Shown here one piece after another: positions 8,775 to 20,217 of a DNA stretch of 64,000 bases (position 1 is the stretch's first letter; each line of letters opens with the position of its first letter). A program made the position numbers and the translations under genes. The notes under the pieces are model-generated. The model worked only from the letters and a program-made list of their open reading frames with translations, made no database searches and had not been told where the DNA came from. This DNA is from an uncultured Actinomycetes bacterium (lineage in GTDB: Bacteria; Actinomycetota; UBA4738; JBBDTT01): the NCBI GenBank assembly GCA_963742735.1, contig CAVUMN010000004.1, positions 896,001-960,000 of the forward strand. Direction: 5' to 3'.

Positions 8775-10412
8775 CTAGAGCATCGCCATCATGCCGCCGA
8801 CCATCTCCGTGACCTGGCTCACCACGCCCGGCTGGACGATGACGTTCACGACGGCGGGCTTGTTCGAGTCGATCGCCCGGCGGATGGCCGGGCCGACCTC
8901 GGCGGCGTCCTCGACCCGCTCGGCGTGGCCCCCGAAGGCCTCGGCGATCTTCTCGTAGGACGCCACCGCCAGCTTGGTGGCGTCGTTCTGCGAGAACTGC
9001 TTCCCCTGCTCGTGGCGGATGTTGCCCCATGCCCCGTTGTTCGCGATGACCGCGACGAACGGAAGGTTGTGGCGGGCCGCGGTGTCCAGCTCCATGGCCC
9101 CGAAGCCGAACGAGCCGTCGCCGATGCACATGACCACCGGCCGGTCCGGCGCCCCCGCCTTGGCGCCGACGGCGTACGGCACGCCGACGCCGATGGTGCC
9201 GAGCGCGTCGTGGGTGGTCAGGAGCGAGCCCGGACGGTTCGCCGGGAACACCGTCACCGCCCACGTGTGGATGTCGCCGCCGTCGCTGACCAGGATGGCC
9301 TCCGGGCCGGCCTCCTCGAGGATCGCGCCGGGAACGACTCCGGGTGGGACGGGCGACCCCTCGCCCTTGAGCGTGTCCCGCCACTGCATGCTCATCATCT
9401 GGCTGCCCTGCTTGGCCGCGGCCAGCCACTCGTCCTTGGGCTTGCCGTCCCAGGCCGCCGTGAGCTGTTCCAGGACGACCCGCACGTCGCCGAGCAGCCC
9501 CAGGTCGGGGGTGCGGTTGAGCCCCACCGAGCTCGGCTCGATGTCGACCTGGATCAGCTTCTCCTGGCCGGTGAACAGCGGGGGCCCGCCGAACGTGACG
9601 CTCACGTCGAGCTTCGTGCCCAGCAGCAGCACGGCGTCGGACTGGAGCAGCGCGATGCCGCCCTGGGAGAGGGGCCCCAGGCACGCGTCGTGGGTGTCGG
9701 GCAGGAGCCCCCGGGCCGCGTTCACCGAGGTGACCGGGATCTGCGTCCGCTCCACGAACTCGCGCAGCGCGCCGGCCGCGCCCGACCAGAAGGCGCCGCT
9801 GCCGGCGACGATCACGGGGTGCTCGGCCTCGGCCAGCATCTGTGCGGCCCGGGCGAGGCCCTCGGGCGCGGCGCCGGGCGGCTCGGGCAGGACCACGGGC
9901 TCGGCCTCGGCGTCGGTCTCGGCGAGCTGGACGTTGTGGGGGAGCTCGAGCATGACGGCGCCGGGCCGTCCCCCGACCATCCGTCGCCACCCGGCGGCCA
10001 GGTAGCTGGGGATGCGGTCCGCGTCGAAGATCGTCTCGTTCCACTTGGTGGACGCGTTCGCCAGCGCCCGCCCGTCGATGTCCTGGAACGTGCCGGACAT
10101 GCGCATGGGCGTGGACGTCCGTCCGGCCAGGAGCATCACCGGGCTTCCGCACGTGTTCGCCACGGCCAGGCCGGTGATCGCGTTGGTCACCCCCGGGCCC
10201 GCGGTGACGGCGGCGACGCCGGGCTTGCCGGTCACCCGCGCGTAGGCCTCGGCCTCGAGGACCGCGCTCTGCTCGTGGCGAGCGCCGATCACCTCGATGC
10301 CCTCGTCGGCGCAGCCGTCGAGGAACGGCAGGATGTGTTCCCCGCACAGCGCGAACACATGCGAGACGCCCTGAGCCTTCAGCCACCGCGCCGCGAGCGC
10401 GCCTCCACGCAT
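8775..10412 (-). CDS. ThDP-dependent enzyme (2-hydroxyacyl-CoA lyase/acetolactate synthase-like)
   Basis: ARHEQSA, TAGPGVTN, GDGSFGF...NN ThDP motif. Confidence 0.88.
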   Translation of the reverse strand: MRGGALAARWLKAQGVSHVFALCGEHILPFLDGCADEGIEVIGARHEQSAVLEAEAYARVTGKPGVAAVTAGPGVTNAITGLAVANTCGSPVMLLAGRTSTPMRMSGTFQDIDGRALANASTKWNETIFDADRIPSYLAAGWRRMVGGRPGAVMLELPHNVQLAETDAEAEPVVLPEPPGAAPEGLARAAQMLAEAEHPVIVAGSGAFWSGAAGALREFVERTQIPVTSVNAARGLLPDTHDACLGPLSQGGIALLQSDAVLLLGTKLDVSVTFGGPPLFTGQEKLIQVDIEPSSVGLNRTPDLGLLGDVRVVLEQLTAAWDGKPKDEWLAAAKQGSQMMSMQWRDTLKGEGSPVPPGVVPGAILEEAGPEAILVSDGGDIHTWAVTVFPANRPGSLLTTHDALGTIGVGVPYAVGAKAGAPDRPVVMCIGDGSFGFGAMELDTAARHNLPFVAVIANNGAWGNIRHEQGKQFSQNDATKLAVASYEKIAEAFGGHAERVEDAAEVGPAIRRAIDSNKPAVVNVIVQPGVVSQVTEMVGGMMAML

Positions 10413-10451
10413 GGTCAGCCTCCCTGAGAAGTGGTCGTGGAAGTCATTCGA

Positions 10452-12083
10452 TCACGAACCCTCCGGCGCGAACATCGCGGAGATGAACCGCATGGCCGGA
10501 TGCACCGGCGCCGGGTCGATCGTGACGTCGAGCACGGCCGTCCGCCGCATGCCGAGCACGCGCGCCAACCCGTCCTCGAGCGCCCGGAGGGTCGCCGCCT
10601 GCTCCGCCCACGCCCCCAGGGCCAGGGCGAGGACCTTGTACTGAGCCCCGGGCAGCTCGGCGGCCACCGAACGGCCGAAGCCCATCTCGGCCTGGCGCTT
10701 CACGATGCCCCACGCATGGTCGTTGCCGATGACCACCTTGACCTGCACCCCGTGGCGAACGGCCGTGTCGAGCTCCATCGCCTGCAGCCCGAACGCGCCG
10801 TCACCCACCAAGGCGATCGAGGGCTCGTCCGGCCGGGCGAGCTTCGCGGCGATCGCGAACGGGATTCCGTTGCCCAGGGTCGCGAGCGGGGTGGCGAACG
10901 AGCTCAGCAGGCGCCCGGCCCCGTGGGCGGGGAGGCCGCCGATCGCCCACAGCGCGAGCTCGCCGGCGTCGACGGAGAACGTCGCCGGTCCCGGGATCGC
11001 CGCCAGGGCCTCCACGAGCTTCGACGGGTGGGCCGGCCGTTCCGGGTCCGACGGCAGGTCCGAGGCCGGCTCCATCACGTCGTGGAGCTCTTTCAGCCAG
11101 GCGTCCGTCGGCAGCGCATCGAGATCGTGCTCGAGGACGACCAGCGCTTGGTGTTCGTCGCCCACCACCGCGACATCCGGGTCCCGGGGGCGGCGGACGC
11201 GATCGGCGTCGGCTTCGATCCGGATCAACCTTGCTTGCGCGAAGGGATGCCCGAATCCGAGGACGATGTCGATCTCGGTGCCGATTGCCAGGATGAGATC
11301 GGCGCGGGCGAAGGCCAGCTGACCCAGCGCGCCGAGGAAGCTGGGCTGCCCCAGCGCCAGCTCGTGGTCGTCCGGAAGGACCCCCCGCCCGGCACGAAGT
11401 GTGAACACGGGAATCCTGGCCTTTTCCGCCAGCCTCGTGAGAACCGGCCCCGCGCCGGACCAGAACGCTCCCTCTCCAGCCAGGATCAGCGGCCTCTCCG
11501 CCGTTCGCAGCAACTCGGCCGCGTCCTTCACCGTCTTGGGGTACTTGAGGACGGGGTTGTAGACCGCCCCGATCACGTCGGGCACGCGCGCCTCGGCCAG
11601 CTGAACGTCCAGCGGGAGCTCCAGCAGGACCGGACCTCGTTCCGAGCGGGCGTGACCGAACGCGTCGGCAATCGCGCCGGGGATGGCGCCGGCCGAGCGG
11701 ACCGTGTCGGACCATCGCGTGAACGGGGCCAGGGCCGCGTGATGGTCGACGTCCTGGGGGTGGCCGGCGCCACGCTCCGACTGACGGATCGCCCCGGTGA
11801 GCACCACCATCGGGATCCCGGCCATCGACGCATCCGCCACCGGCGTCTGTACGTTCGTCAGCCCCGGTCCGCCGGTCACCAGGACGACGCCCGGACTGCC
11901 GGTCGCCAGCGCCCATCCCTCGGCCATGAACCCCGCTCCGGCCTCGTGCCGGGCGTCGATCACCCGCAGGCCCTCCTCGGCGCAGCCGTCGAGGGTCGCG
12001 GTGATGTGGTCGCCGCAGAGGGTGAACACCGGGCCCGACCGGTTCGCGGCCAGGGCGGCGGCGACGAGCCGGCCGCCCCTCAC
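10452..12083 (-). CDS. Second ThDP-dependent enzyme, paralog of the adjacent gene
   Basis: ARHEAGA, TGGPGLTN, GDGAFG...ND. Confidence 0.88.
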   Translation of the reverse strand: MRGGRLVAAALAANRSGPVFTLCGDHITATLDGCAEEGLRVIDARHEAGAGFMAEGWALATGSPGVVLVTGGPGLTNVQTPVADASMAGIPMVVLTGAIRQSERGAGHPQDVDHHAALAPFTRWSDTVRSAGAIPGAIADAFGHARSERGPVLLELPLDVQLAEARVPDVIGAVYNPVLKYPKTVKDAAELLRTAERPLILAGEGAFWSGAGPVLTRLAEKARIPVFTLRAGRGVLPDDHELALGQPSFLGALGQLAFARADLILAIGTEIDIVLGFGHPFAQARLIRIEADADRVRRPRDPDVAVVGDEHQALVVLEHDLDALPTDAWLKELHDVMEPASDLPSDPERPAHPSKLVEALAAIPGPATFSVDAGELALWAIGGLPAHGAGRLLSSFATPLATLGNGIPFAIAAKLARPDEPSIALVGDGAFGLQAMELDTAVRHGVQVKVVIGNDHAWGIVKRQAEMGFGRSVAAELPGAQYKVLALALGAWAEQAATLRALEDGLARVLGMRRTAVLDVTIDPAPVHPAMRFISAMFAPEGS

Positions 12084-13072
12084 GCCTCGAGATCCTCGAC
12101 GACGTCGAGCGGGTCCTCGCCGCGCGCCGCGCGGCGGACGTTCTCGATGGCCGCGCTCAGGATGCGCATCACCGACTCGTTGGTGACCCCGGCCATGTGC
12201 GGCGACAGGACCAGGTTGTCCAGCCCCGTCAGCGGAGAGTCCTCCGGCGGGGGCTCCGTCTCGAACACGTCCAGCGCCGCGGCGCGTATGCGCCTCGCCC
12301 GCAGGGCCTTCGCCAGCGCCTCGACGTCCACCAGCGCGCCGCGGGCGGTGTTCACCAGCACCGCGGTCGGCTTCATCAACGCCAGGGTGCGCTCGCCGAT
12401 GATGCCCCGCGTCGACTTCGTGAGAGGCGCGTGCAGCGACACCACGTCGCTCGCCTTCAGCAGGTCGTCGAGCTCCCGGAACTCCAGGCCGAGCTCGCGC
12501 TCCTGGTCGGCGTCGGGGCGCACGACGTCGGTATAGAGGACGCGCATGTCGAACGCCCGCGCTCGCTTGGCGACCTCGCGGCCGATCCGTCCCAGGCCGA
12601 CCAGGCCCATCGTCTTTCCGGCCAGCTCGACCACGTCACCGCCCTCGAAGAGCATCCGCTGCACGCCCCACCCACCCTCGCGCATCATGCGGTCGCCGGC
12701 GAGCACCCGGCGGCTGGCCGCCCCGGCCAACAGGATCGCCATCTCCGCCACGGTGTGTGCCTCCGCGCCCGAGGACGCCACGGAGCACACCGGCACGCCC
12801 GCAGCGTTGGCGTCCGAGACGCTCACGTGGTCGTAGCCGTGTCCGGGGACCTGCACCATCCGCAGCTTCGGCATCCGCGAGAGGAGCGCGGCGTCCACGC
12901 GCTGGGGGGCCGCGGGCATCAGGTACTCGGCCTCCGCCGCCACGTCGTCGGGGACGTCGGCGCCGTCGCGGTACGCGTGCACATGCCATCCGTCGCCGAG
13001 CATCCCCTCGTACCCGGGGCCGGCAAGCTCCGGCGGCGCGGGGGGCGGAACCAACGCGACCAGCAGCGGCAT
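12080..13072 (-). CDS. D-isomer-specific 2-hydroxyacid dehydrogenase
   Basis: GLVGLGRIG, SLHAPLT, NTARG, LDVFETEP, SPHMAG. Confidence 0.92.
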   Translation of the reverse strand: MPLLVALVPPPAPPELAGPGYEGMLGDGWHVHAYRDGADVPDDVAAEAEYLMPAAPQRVDAALLSRMPKLRMVQVPGHGYDHVSVSDANAAGVPVCSVASSGAEAHTVAEMAILLAGAASRRVLAGDRMMREGGWGVQRMLFEGGDVVELAGKTMGLVGLGRIGREVAKRARAFDMRVLYTDVVRPDADQERELGLEFRELDDLLKASDVVSLHAPLTKSTRGIIGERTLALMKPTAVLVNTARGALVDVEALAKALRARRIRAAALDVFETEPPPEDSPLTGLDNLVLSPHMAGVTNESVMRILSAAIENVRRAARGEDPLDVVEDLEA

Positions 13073-13184
13073 TCCGAGGCCCTTTCGTAGAGTCGGGCAA
13101 TAGGGTCGATCCAGACACCGCGCGCTCGCCGGCGTCCGCGACGCCGATATCCTCACCGACCCGCCGCCGTCATACCATCCCGGC

Positions 13185-14819
<1,635 letters not shown>

Positions 14820-14820
14820 C

Positions 14821-16782
14821 TCAGGCGGGGCGCCACTCGACGCTCCCGACGCGAACCGGCTCGGGGATGCCCTTGGCGGCGATCTCCTTCGATCCGGACA
14901 CGGTGAACCCGTCGCCGGCCTCGGCGAGGGTGTCCTCGCTGGCCAGGATCTCGCCCCCCTCGGCGGCTGCGGCGATACGGGCGGCCTTGTGGACCTCCCC
15001 GCCGCTGTAATCGCCGCCGCGCCGGGTCGCCTCGGCCGAGTGCACGCCGATCCGGACCTGCGGCGCGAACCCGTGGGCGCGGCGGTGCTGGGCCAGCGCC
15101 CGCTGGACCCCGACGGCCGCCGCGAGCGCCGCCCGGGCGTCGGCGAACGCCACGAAGAACCCATCGCCGGTGCCGTGGGCCACCTCGCCGCCGTTCGCCG
15201 CGAACTGCGACCGAAGGGCCTGGTCGTGCCACCGGAGCAGGTCCTCCCACGCCTCGTCCCCGATTGCGCTCACGAGGTCCGTCGACTTCACGATGTCGGT
15301 GAACATGAAGGCTCGAGTGACGCGCTCCGACGCCGTTGCCCCGGCGGCCAGCTCCCCGAGGAGCGCGGTCGCGTCCGCGTTCGCAAGCTGCGCCCCGATG
15401 CGGTCGAACGTGGCACACGCAGCTCGGAGCTCCGCAACCGCGGCGTCCTCATCGCCGAGGGCCCGGTAGGCGCGTCCGAGGAGGACTCGGACCTCCGCGA
15501 CCTCGAACGGCGCCTCCAGCTCTTGCCACCGCTTCCGCGCACTCTCGAGGTCGGCCAGCGAGCCCTGTGCGTCGCCCCGCGCCAGGCTGACGGCCCCGCG
15601 GATCCGCGCCGCGGCGGCCTGCAGGGAGGCGACGTCGTAGGCGCTGAGGATCTCGTCGGCCTCGGAGGACGCCGCAGCGGCGGCCTCGGCGTCCTCCGCC
15701 GCGAGCGCGATGTCGGCCCGCGCGATGAACAGCCGGAACCGCGACAGGGGGTCCGTCGAGCTCTCCAGGGCCCGCGTGATCCCCGACGCGGCCGAGCCGG
15801 CCTTGCCCTGTGCCAGACGAAGCAGCGAGAGCCCGGGCTGCGGATCCCGGCCGTTCTCGCTGGCTCGGGTGTAGGCCTCTTCCGCGGCGTCCAGGTCGCC
15901 CATGCGACGACGGACCTCGCCGATCTCGTAGGCGGCGTCGCCGGCCCCGAACGCGATGTTGAACCGGGGGAGCTCGACGGCCGCTTGACGGGCCTCCTGC
16001 TCGGCGGTCGCGAAGTCGCCGTGGAGCCGGTGGAGCTCGGCGCGATGGATCCGGCAGAGCCCCGGGAACCCGGTGATCGACTGTCGCTGGCACCAACGCA
16101 GCGTCGCGTCGGTCCACTCGGCGGAGCGCCGGTAGTCGCCGAGGTGCGAGCAGAACCCGATCATGCTGCAGTACACCCGGCCGGTGTAGTGGGTCGAGAG
16201 CTCGCCGCCGACCGCGGCCACCATCGCCTCGTCGATGAGCCCCAGTCCCTCGGCGAGGCGTCCCTGCTTGCAGATGACCTGGCCCTTGTCGTGCATGGCC
16301 AGCGCGTACAGGTTTCGGTCGCCGGTTCGCTTGGCGACGGCGAGCGCCTCGTCGAACAGCGCCATGGCCTCCTCGACCGCTCCCTCGAACTCGTACTTCG
16401 TGAAGCCCTGGATCGCGGCCAGGTAGCCCGTCACCGGGTAGTCGGGGTGGCCCTCGGCGAGCTCCCGGGCCCGGACCAGCCACGCCCCGAACTGCGGTAT
16501 GGACAGGCGCATCATGTGCTGCTCGGCGATCTCGAACGCGGCGAACGCGGCCGTCGCCGTGTCGCCCTCCCCGAGGTAGGCCCGGTAGGCCCGCTCCATG
16601 GCATCGAGGATCCCGTCGCCCTGCCCGGTCCACCACGCGGCCTGCGCCAGGAGATCGAGGTCGGCGGCGGAGAGGGGCGACTGCCCGTCGGCCTCGACGA
16701 GCGCGTCATAGGCCTCCTGCCAGGCGTGGCGTTCCATGGCCTCACGGGCGGCCCGGACCAGATCGACGGCCGGCTGGCTCAC
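14821..16782 (-). CDS. TPR-like helical repeat protein with C-terminal class III nucleotide cyclase domain
   Basis: FMFTDIVKST, GTGDGFF, RIGVH, GGEVHKAARI; Ala-rich helical N-terminus; start uncertain. Confidence 0.85.
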   Translation of the reverse strand: MSQPAVDLVRAAREAMERHAWQEAYDALVEADGQSPLSAADLDLLAQAAWWTGQGDGILDAMERAYRAYLGEGDTATAAFAAFEIAEQHMMRLSIPQFGAWLVRARELAEGHPDYPVTGYLAAIQGFTKYEFEGAVEEAMALFDEALAVAKRTGDRNLYALAMHDKGQVICKQGRLAEGLGLIDEAMVAAVGGELSTHYTGRVYCSMIGFCSHLGDYRRSAEWTDATLRWCQRQSITGFPGLCRIHRAELHRLHGDFATAEQEARQAAVELPRFNIAFGAGDAAYEIGEVRRRMGDLDAAEEAYTRASENGRDPQPGLSLLRLAQGKAGSAASGITRALESSTDPLSRFRLFIARADIALAAEDAEAAAAASSEADEILSAYDVASLQAAAARIRGAVSLARGDAQGSLADLESARKRWQELEAPFEVAEVRVLLGRAYRALGDEDAAVAELRAACATFDRIGAQLANADATALLGELAAGATASERVTRAFMFTDIVKSTDLVSAIGDEAWEDLLRWHDQALRSQFAANGGEVAHGTGDGFFVAFADARAALAAAVGVQRALAQHRRAHGFAPQVRIGVHSAEATRRGGDYSGGEVHKAARIAAAAEGGEILASEDTLAEAGDGFTVSGSKEIAAKGIPEPVRVGSVEWRPA

Positions 16783-16840
16783 GGTCGAGATCGTACGCCC
16801 GGCGTCTGGAGGGTGATCCGGAACATCTAAACTCGCCGGG

Positions 16841-18238
16841 ATGGCCGTTCCCGCACCGGTTTCCGTGCGCGCGGTCGGTGCGTCCCTGCCCGACCTGCGC
16901 GTCGCCTCGTCCGACGTCGCCGCCGCCTGGGGCGGGCGCGCGAAGGGGACCGTCCGCGTCTGCGACTTCGACCAGGACCCACTCACGCTGGCCTGGGACG
17001 CGGCGACCGCCGCGCTGGCGGCGGCGGACCTCCGTCCCTCGGAGGTCGACTACCTCGGCTGGGGGGTCGCCCGGCCGCCGTTCGCGGAGGGGCCGAGCCA
17101 CGCGCTGCTCGCGGCCTCGCTCGACGTGCCGGCCGACGCGGAGGGCGCGCTGTTGGCGGGCTCGGCGACTGCCGGGCTCGAAGCCCTCTTCGCCGCGTGG
17201 GACGCGATCGCCGCGCACGCCGCGCGGGTCGCGCTCGTCGTCGCCTCCGACGCCACCGTCCCCGGTCCGGGCACGTCGCTCGAGACCCGGACGGGCGCCG
17301 GCGCGGTCGCCTTCGTCCTCTCCGGAGCCGGGGGCCGCGCGCGTCTGGTCGCCCGGGCGTCCCGGAGCGTCCCGACGATCGACCGCTACCGCGGCGACGG
17401 CGAGCCGGCCAGCCGCGACCTCTACGACGGCCGCCTGTTTCGCGAGGAGGTGTTCCTGCCCGAGACGTCCTCGCTGGCGACGATCCTGGCCTCCGACGTC
17501 GGCTCGTGGAGCCTTCCGGACCCCGACGGCCGGCTCGGCGCAGCGCTCTCGAAGCGGCTGGGCGGCGAGCACGCCTCCGCCGACCTGTTCGCCCGGGCCG
17601 GAGAGACCGGCGCGGCGGCGCCGCTGCTCGGCCTGCTGCCCGCGCTGACCGGGCCCGGCCGCTCCGGCGCGATCGCCCACGGCGGCGGCCGCACACTCGG
17701 CGTCGTCGTGGAGGCCGAGGATGCCGTCCCCGGCGCCGATTCGCTCGCCGCGCTCCTGGACGAGGGCCGCGACGTCCCCTACACGACCGCCCTGCGCAGC
17801 CGCCGGCTCCTCGAGCCGACCGGCGAGCCCGTCCCCATGGGCGTGCCTCCTGGGAGCGCCCAATTCGTCCGCGGGGGCCGCGAGTTGCTCTCGCTGCAGG
17901 GCGCGCGCTGCGTCGACTGCGGCACGATCGCCACGCCCCCCGACACCCACCCGTCCTGCCTGAACTGCGGCGGCGGCAAGCTCGAGGTCGTCCCGCTCGC
18001 CCGCGCCGGAGGCATCCACACCTTCTTCGTGAACTTCGCGATGCCCCCGCCGTTCATCGCCCCGCTACCGATCGCGATCCTGGACCTGGACGACGGCTCG
18101 CGGCTGATGCTCCAGGTGACCGGCGGGGCGGAGGATCTGCAGATCGGAGAGCGTGTCGAGCTGGTCCTGCGCCGCCACGTGGTCGAGCGCGGCGCGCCCG
18201 TCTACGGCTTCAAGGCCAGACGAGCGAGGGGAGTCTGA
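16841..18238 (+). CDS. HMG-CoA synthase/KAS-III-like domain fused to Zn-ribbon OB-fold (DUF35)
   Basis: DQDPLTLA, GAGAVAFVL, GETGAA; C-terminal CVDC..CLNC plus OB-fold ending YGFK. Confidence 0.8.
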   Translation: MAVPAPVSVRAVGASLPDLRVASSDVAAAWGGRAKGTVRVCDFDQDPLTLAWDAATAALAAADLRPSEVDYLGWGVARPPFAEGPSHALLAASLDVPADAEGALLAGSATAGLEALFAAWDAIAAHAARVALVVASDATVPGPGTSLETRTGAGAVAFVLSGAGGRARLVARASRSVPTIDRYRGDGEPASRDLYDGRLFREEVFLPETSSLATILASDVGSWSLPDPDGRLGAALSKRLGGEHASADLFARAGETGAAAPLLGLLPALTGPGRSGAIAHGGGRTLGVVVEAEDAVPGADSLAALLDEGRDVPYTTALRSRRLLEPTGEPVPMGVPPGSAQFVRGGRELLSLQGARCVDCGTIATPPDTHPSCLNCGGGKLEVVPLARAGGIHTFFVNFAMPPPFIAPLPIAILDLDDGSRLMLQVTGGAEDLQIGERVELVLRRHVVERGAPVYGFKARRARGV

Positions 18239-18240
18239 AC

Positions 18241-19419
18241 GTGAGCTGGAACCGCGTGGCGATCGCCGGCGTCGGGATGATCAAGTTCGGGGAGCTGTTC
18301 GACCAGAGCTACGAGCAGATGGCCGCCGGCGCGTTTCGCGCTGCGGTCGAGTCCGTGGACAAGGGCTTCGACACCGCCGACATCGGCACGGCCTTCGTGG
18401 CCACCCAGCGCGGCACGCTCTGGGGTCAGGAGGGGATCGGCGGCAACACGGTCCCGTCCGCGATCGGGATCGTCGGCGTCCCCACCACTCGCGTGGAGAA
18501 CGCGTGCCCCTCGGGCTCCGACGCCTTCCGCATCGGGGCGATGGCGGTGGCCAGCGGCGTGTACGACGTGGCCCTGGTCCTGGGCGTCGAGAAGATGCGC
18601 GACAAGGCGACCGAGGAGTCGCTGCTCGCCCGCGCCACCCAGGGCCACCCGATCTACGGCCGGGGTGAGGTCGCGCCGGCCCTGTTCGCGCCGTTCGCCA
18701 CCCGGCACATGCACGAGTACGGGACGACGAAGGAGCAGCTCGCTGCCGTCGCGGTGAAGAACCACCACAACGGCACGCTGTGCCCGTACGCCCACTTCAA
18801 GGCCGAGGTCACGATCGAGCAGGTCCTGGCCAGCCCGCCGGTGTGCCACCCGCTCAACCTGCTGGACTGCTGCCCACAGACCGACGGCGCCGCCGCCGCA
18901 CTGCTGGTGAACGCCGACATCGCCGACCGCTACACGGAGAAGCCCGTCTACGTCGCCGGCTTCGGCGTGGGCATCGATCACCCCGGCCTGCACGAGAAGG
19001 CCAGCTACACGGAGCTCGCCGCGACCGTGCAGGCGAGCAAGCGGGCGTACGCCATGGCCGGCCTGGGCCCGGACGACATCGACATGGCCGAGGTCCACGA
19101 CTGCTTCACGATCACCGAGATCCTGGATATCGAGGACCTCGGGTTCGTCGAGAAGGGCAAGGGCGGCCCCGCGGTCGCCGACGGCGAGACCGCCCTCGAC
19201 GGCCGCATCCCCATCAACACCAGCGGCGGCCTGCTCGCCAAGGGCCACCCGATCGGCGCGAGCGGCGTCGCCCAGATCGCGGAGTGCTACTGGCAGCTCC
19301 GCGGCGAGGCCGACCAGCGCCAGGTCGAGATCCGCAAGGGCAACGTGCTGCAGCACAACGTGGGCGGGCGGGGCTCCGGCGTGAGCGTCGTCAACATCCT
19401 CACCACGAACCCCAACTAA
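18241..19419 (+). CDS. SCP2-type thiolase
   Basis: RVENACPSG, CCPQTDGAAA, AEVHDCFT, KGHPIGASG. Confidence 0.92.
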   Translation: MSWNRVAIAGVGMIKFGELFDQSYEQMAAGAFRAAVESVDKGFDTADIGTAFVATQRGTLWGQEGIGGNTVPSAIGIVGVPTTRVENACPSGSDAFRIGAMAVASGVYDVALVLGVEKMRDKATEESLLARATQGHPIYGRGEVAPALFAPFATRHMHEYGTTKEQLAAVAVKNHHNGTLCPYAHFKAEVTIEQVLASPPVCHPLNLLDCCPQTDGAAAALLVNADIADRYTEKPVYVAGFGVGIDHPGLHEKASYTELAATVQASKRAYAMAGLGPDDIDMAEVHDCFTITEILDIEDLGFVEKGKGGPAVADGETALDGRIPINTSGGLLAKGHPIGASGVAQIAECYWQLRGEADQRQVEIRKGNVLQHNVGGRGSGVSVVNILTTNPN

Positions 19420-20217
19420 GTGGACGAGGTCGCGTACCAGGTCGCCGGGGACGTCGGCGAGATCACCCTGAACCGGCCCGAGGCGAAGAACGCGCTGAAC
19501 ATCCCGATGCGCGACGAGCTGGTCCGGATCGTCCGCGAGGCTCGGAGCGACCCCGCCGTTCGCGCCCTGCTGGTCACCGGGACCGGTGATGCGTTCTGCG
19601 CCGGTGCGGACATGGGCACCACGACGGTCAGCAAGTCGGCGGAGGCGGGGTTCGACACCCGTTCGACCCAGGAGGCGCTCCGGGTGGGGGTGCAGACGCT
19701 CGTCCGCGAGCTGTGGGAGCTCGACAAGCCCACCGTCGCCGCCGTCAACGGGACGGCGGTCGGCCCCGGCGCGCACCTCGCCCTCGCCTGCGACTTCGTG
19801 GTCATCGCCGAGGACGCCCGGCTGATGTGGTCGTTCGCGAAGTGGGGACTGGTCGTGGACGCCGCCGGCGCGTACCTGCTGCCCCGGCTGGTGGGCCTGC
19901 CTCGCGCGAAGCGGATGGTCCTGCTCGGCGAGGGCTTCACCGGTGCCGAGGCGGTCGCCGAGGGCCTGGCGTATGCGTCGGCGCCCGCCGGGGACGTGAT
20001 GGCGAAGGCCACCGAGCTGGCCCGGACGCTGGCCGCCGGCCCAACCCGGAGTCTCGGACTGTCGAAGGCGCTGCTGAACCGCAGCTTCGAGACCGACCTG
20101 CCCACGAGCCTCGACCTGGAGGGCGCCTACCAGTCGCTGGCCACCACGAGCGAGGACCTCAAGGAGGGCATGGCCGCCTTCAAGGACAAGCGCCCCCCGA
20201 ACTTCACCGGCCGCTGA
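19420..20217 (+). CDS. Crotonase family enoyl-CoA hydratase/isomerase (PaaG-like)
   Basis: LNRPEAKNAL, AFCAGAD, AVNGTAVG, GLVVDAAG, EGMAAFKDKRPP. Confidence 0.9.
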   Translation: MDEVAYQVAGDVGEITLNRPEAKNALNIPMRDELVRIVREARSDPAVRALLVTGTGDAFCAGADMGTTTVSKSAEAGFDTRSTQEALRVGVQTLVRELWELDKPTVAAVNGTAVGPGAHLALACDFVVIAEDARLMWSFAKWGLVVDAAGAYLLPRLVGLPRAKRMVLLGEGFTGAEAVAEGLAYASAPAGDVMAKATELARTLAAGPTRSLGLSKALLNRSFETDLPTSLDLEGAYQSLATTSEDLKEGMAAFKDKRPPNFTGR

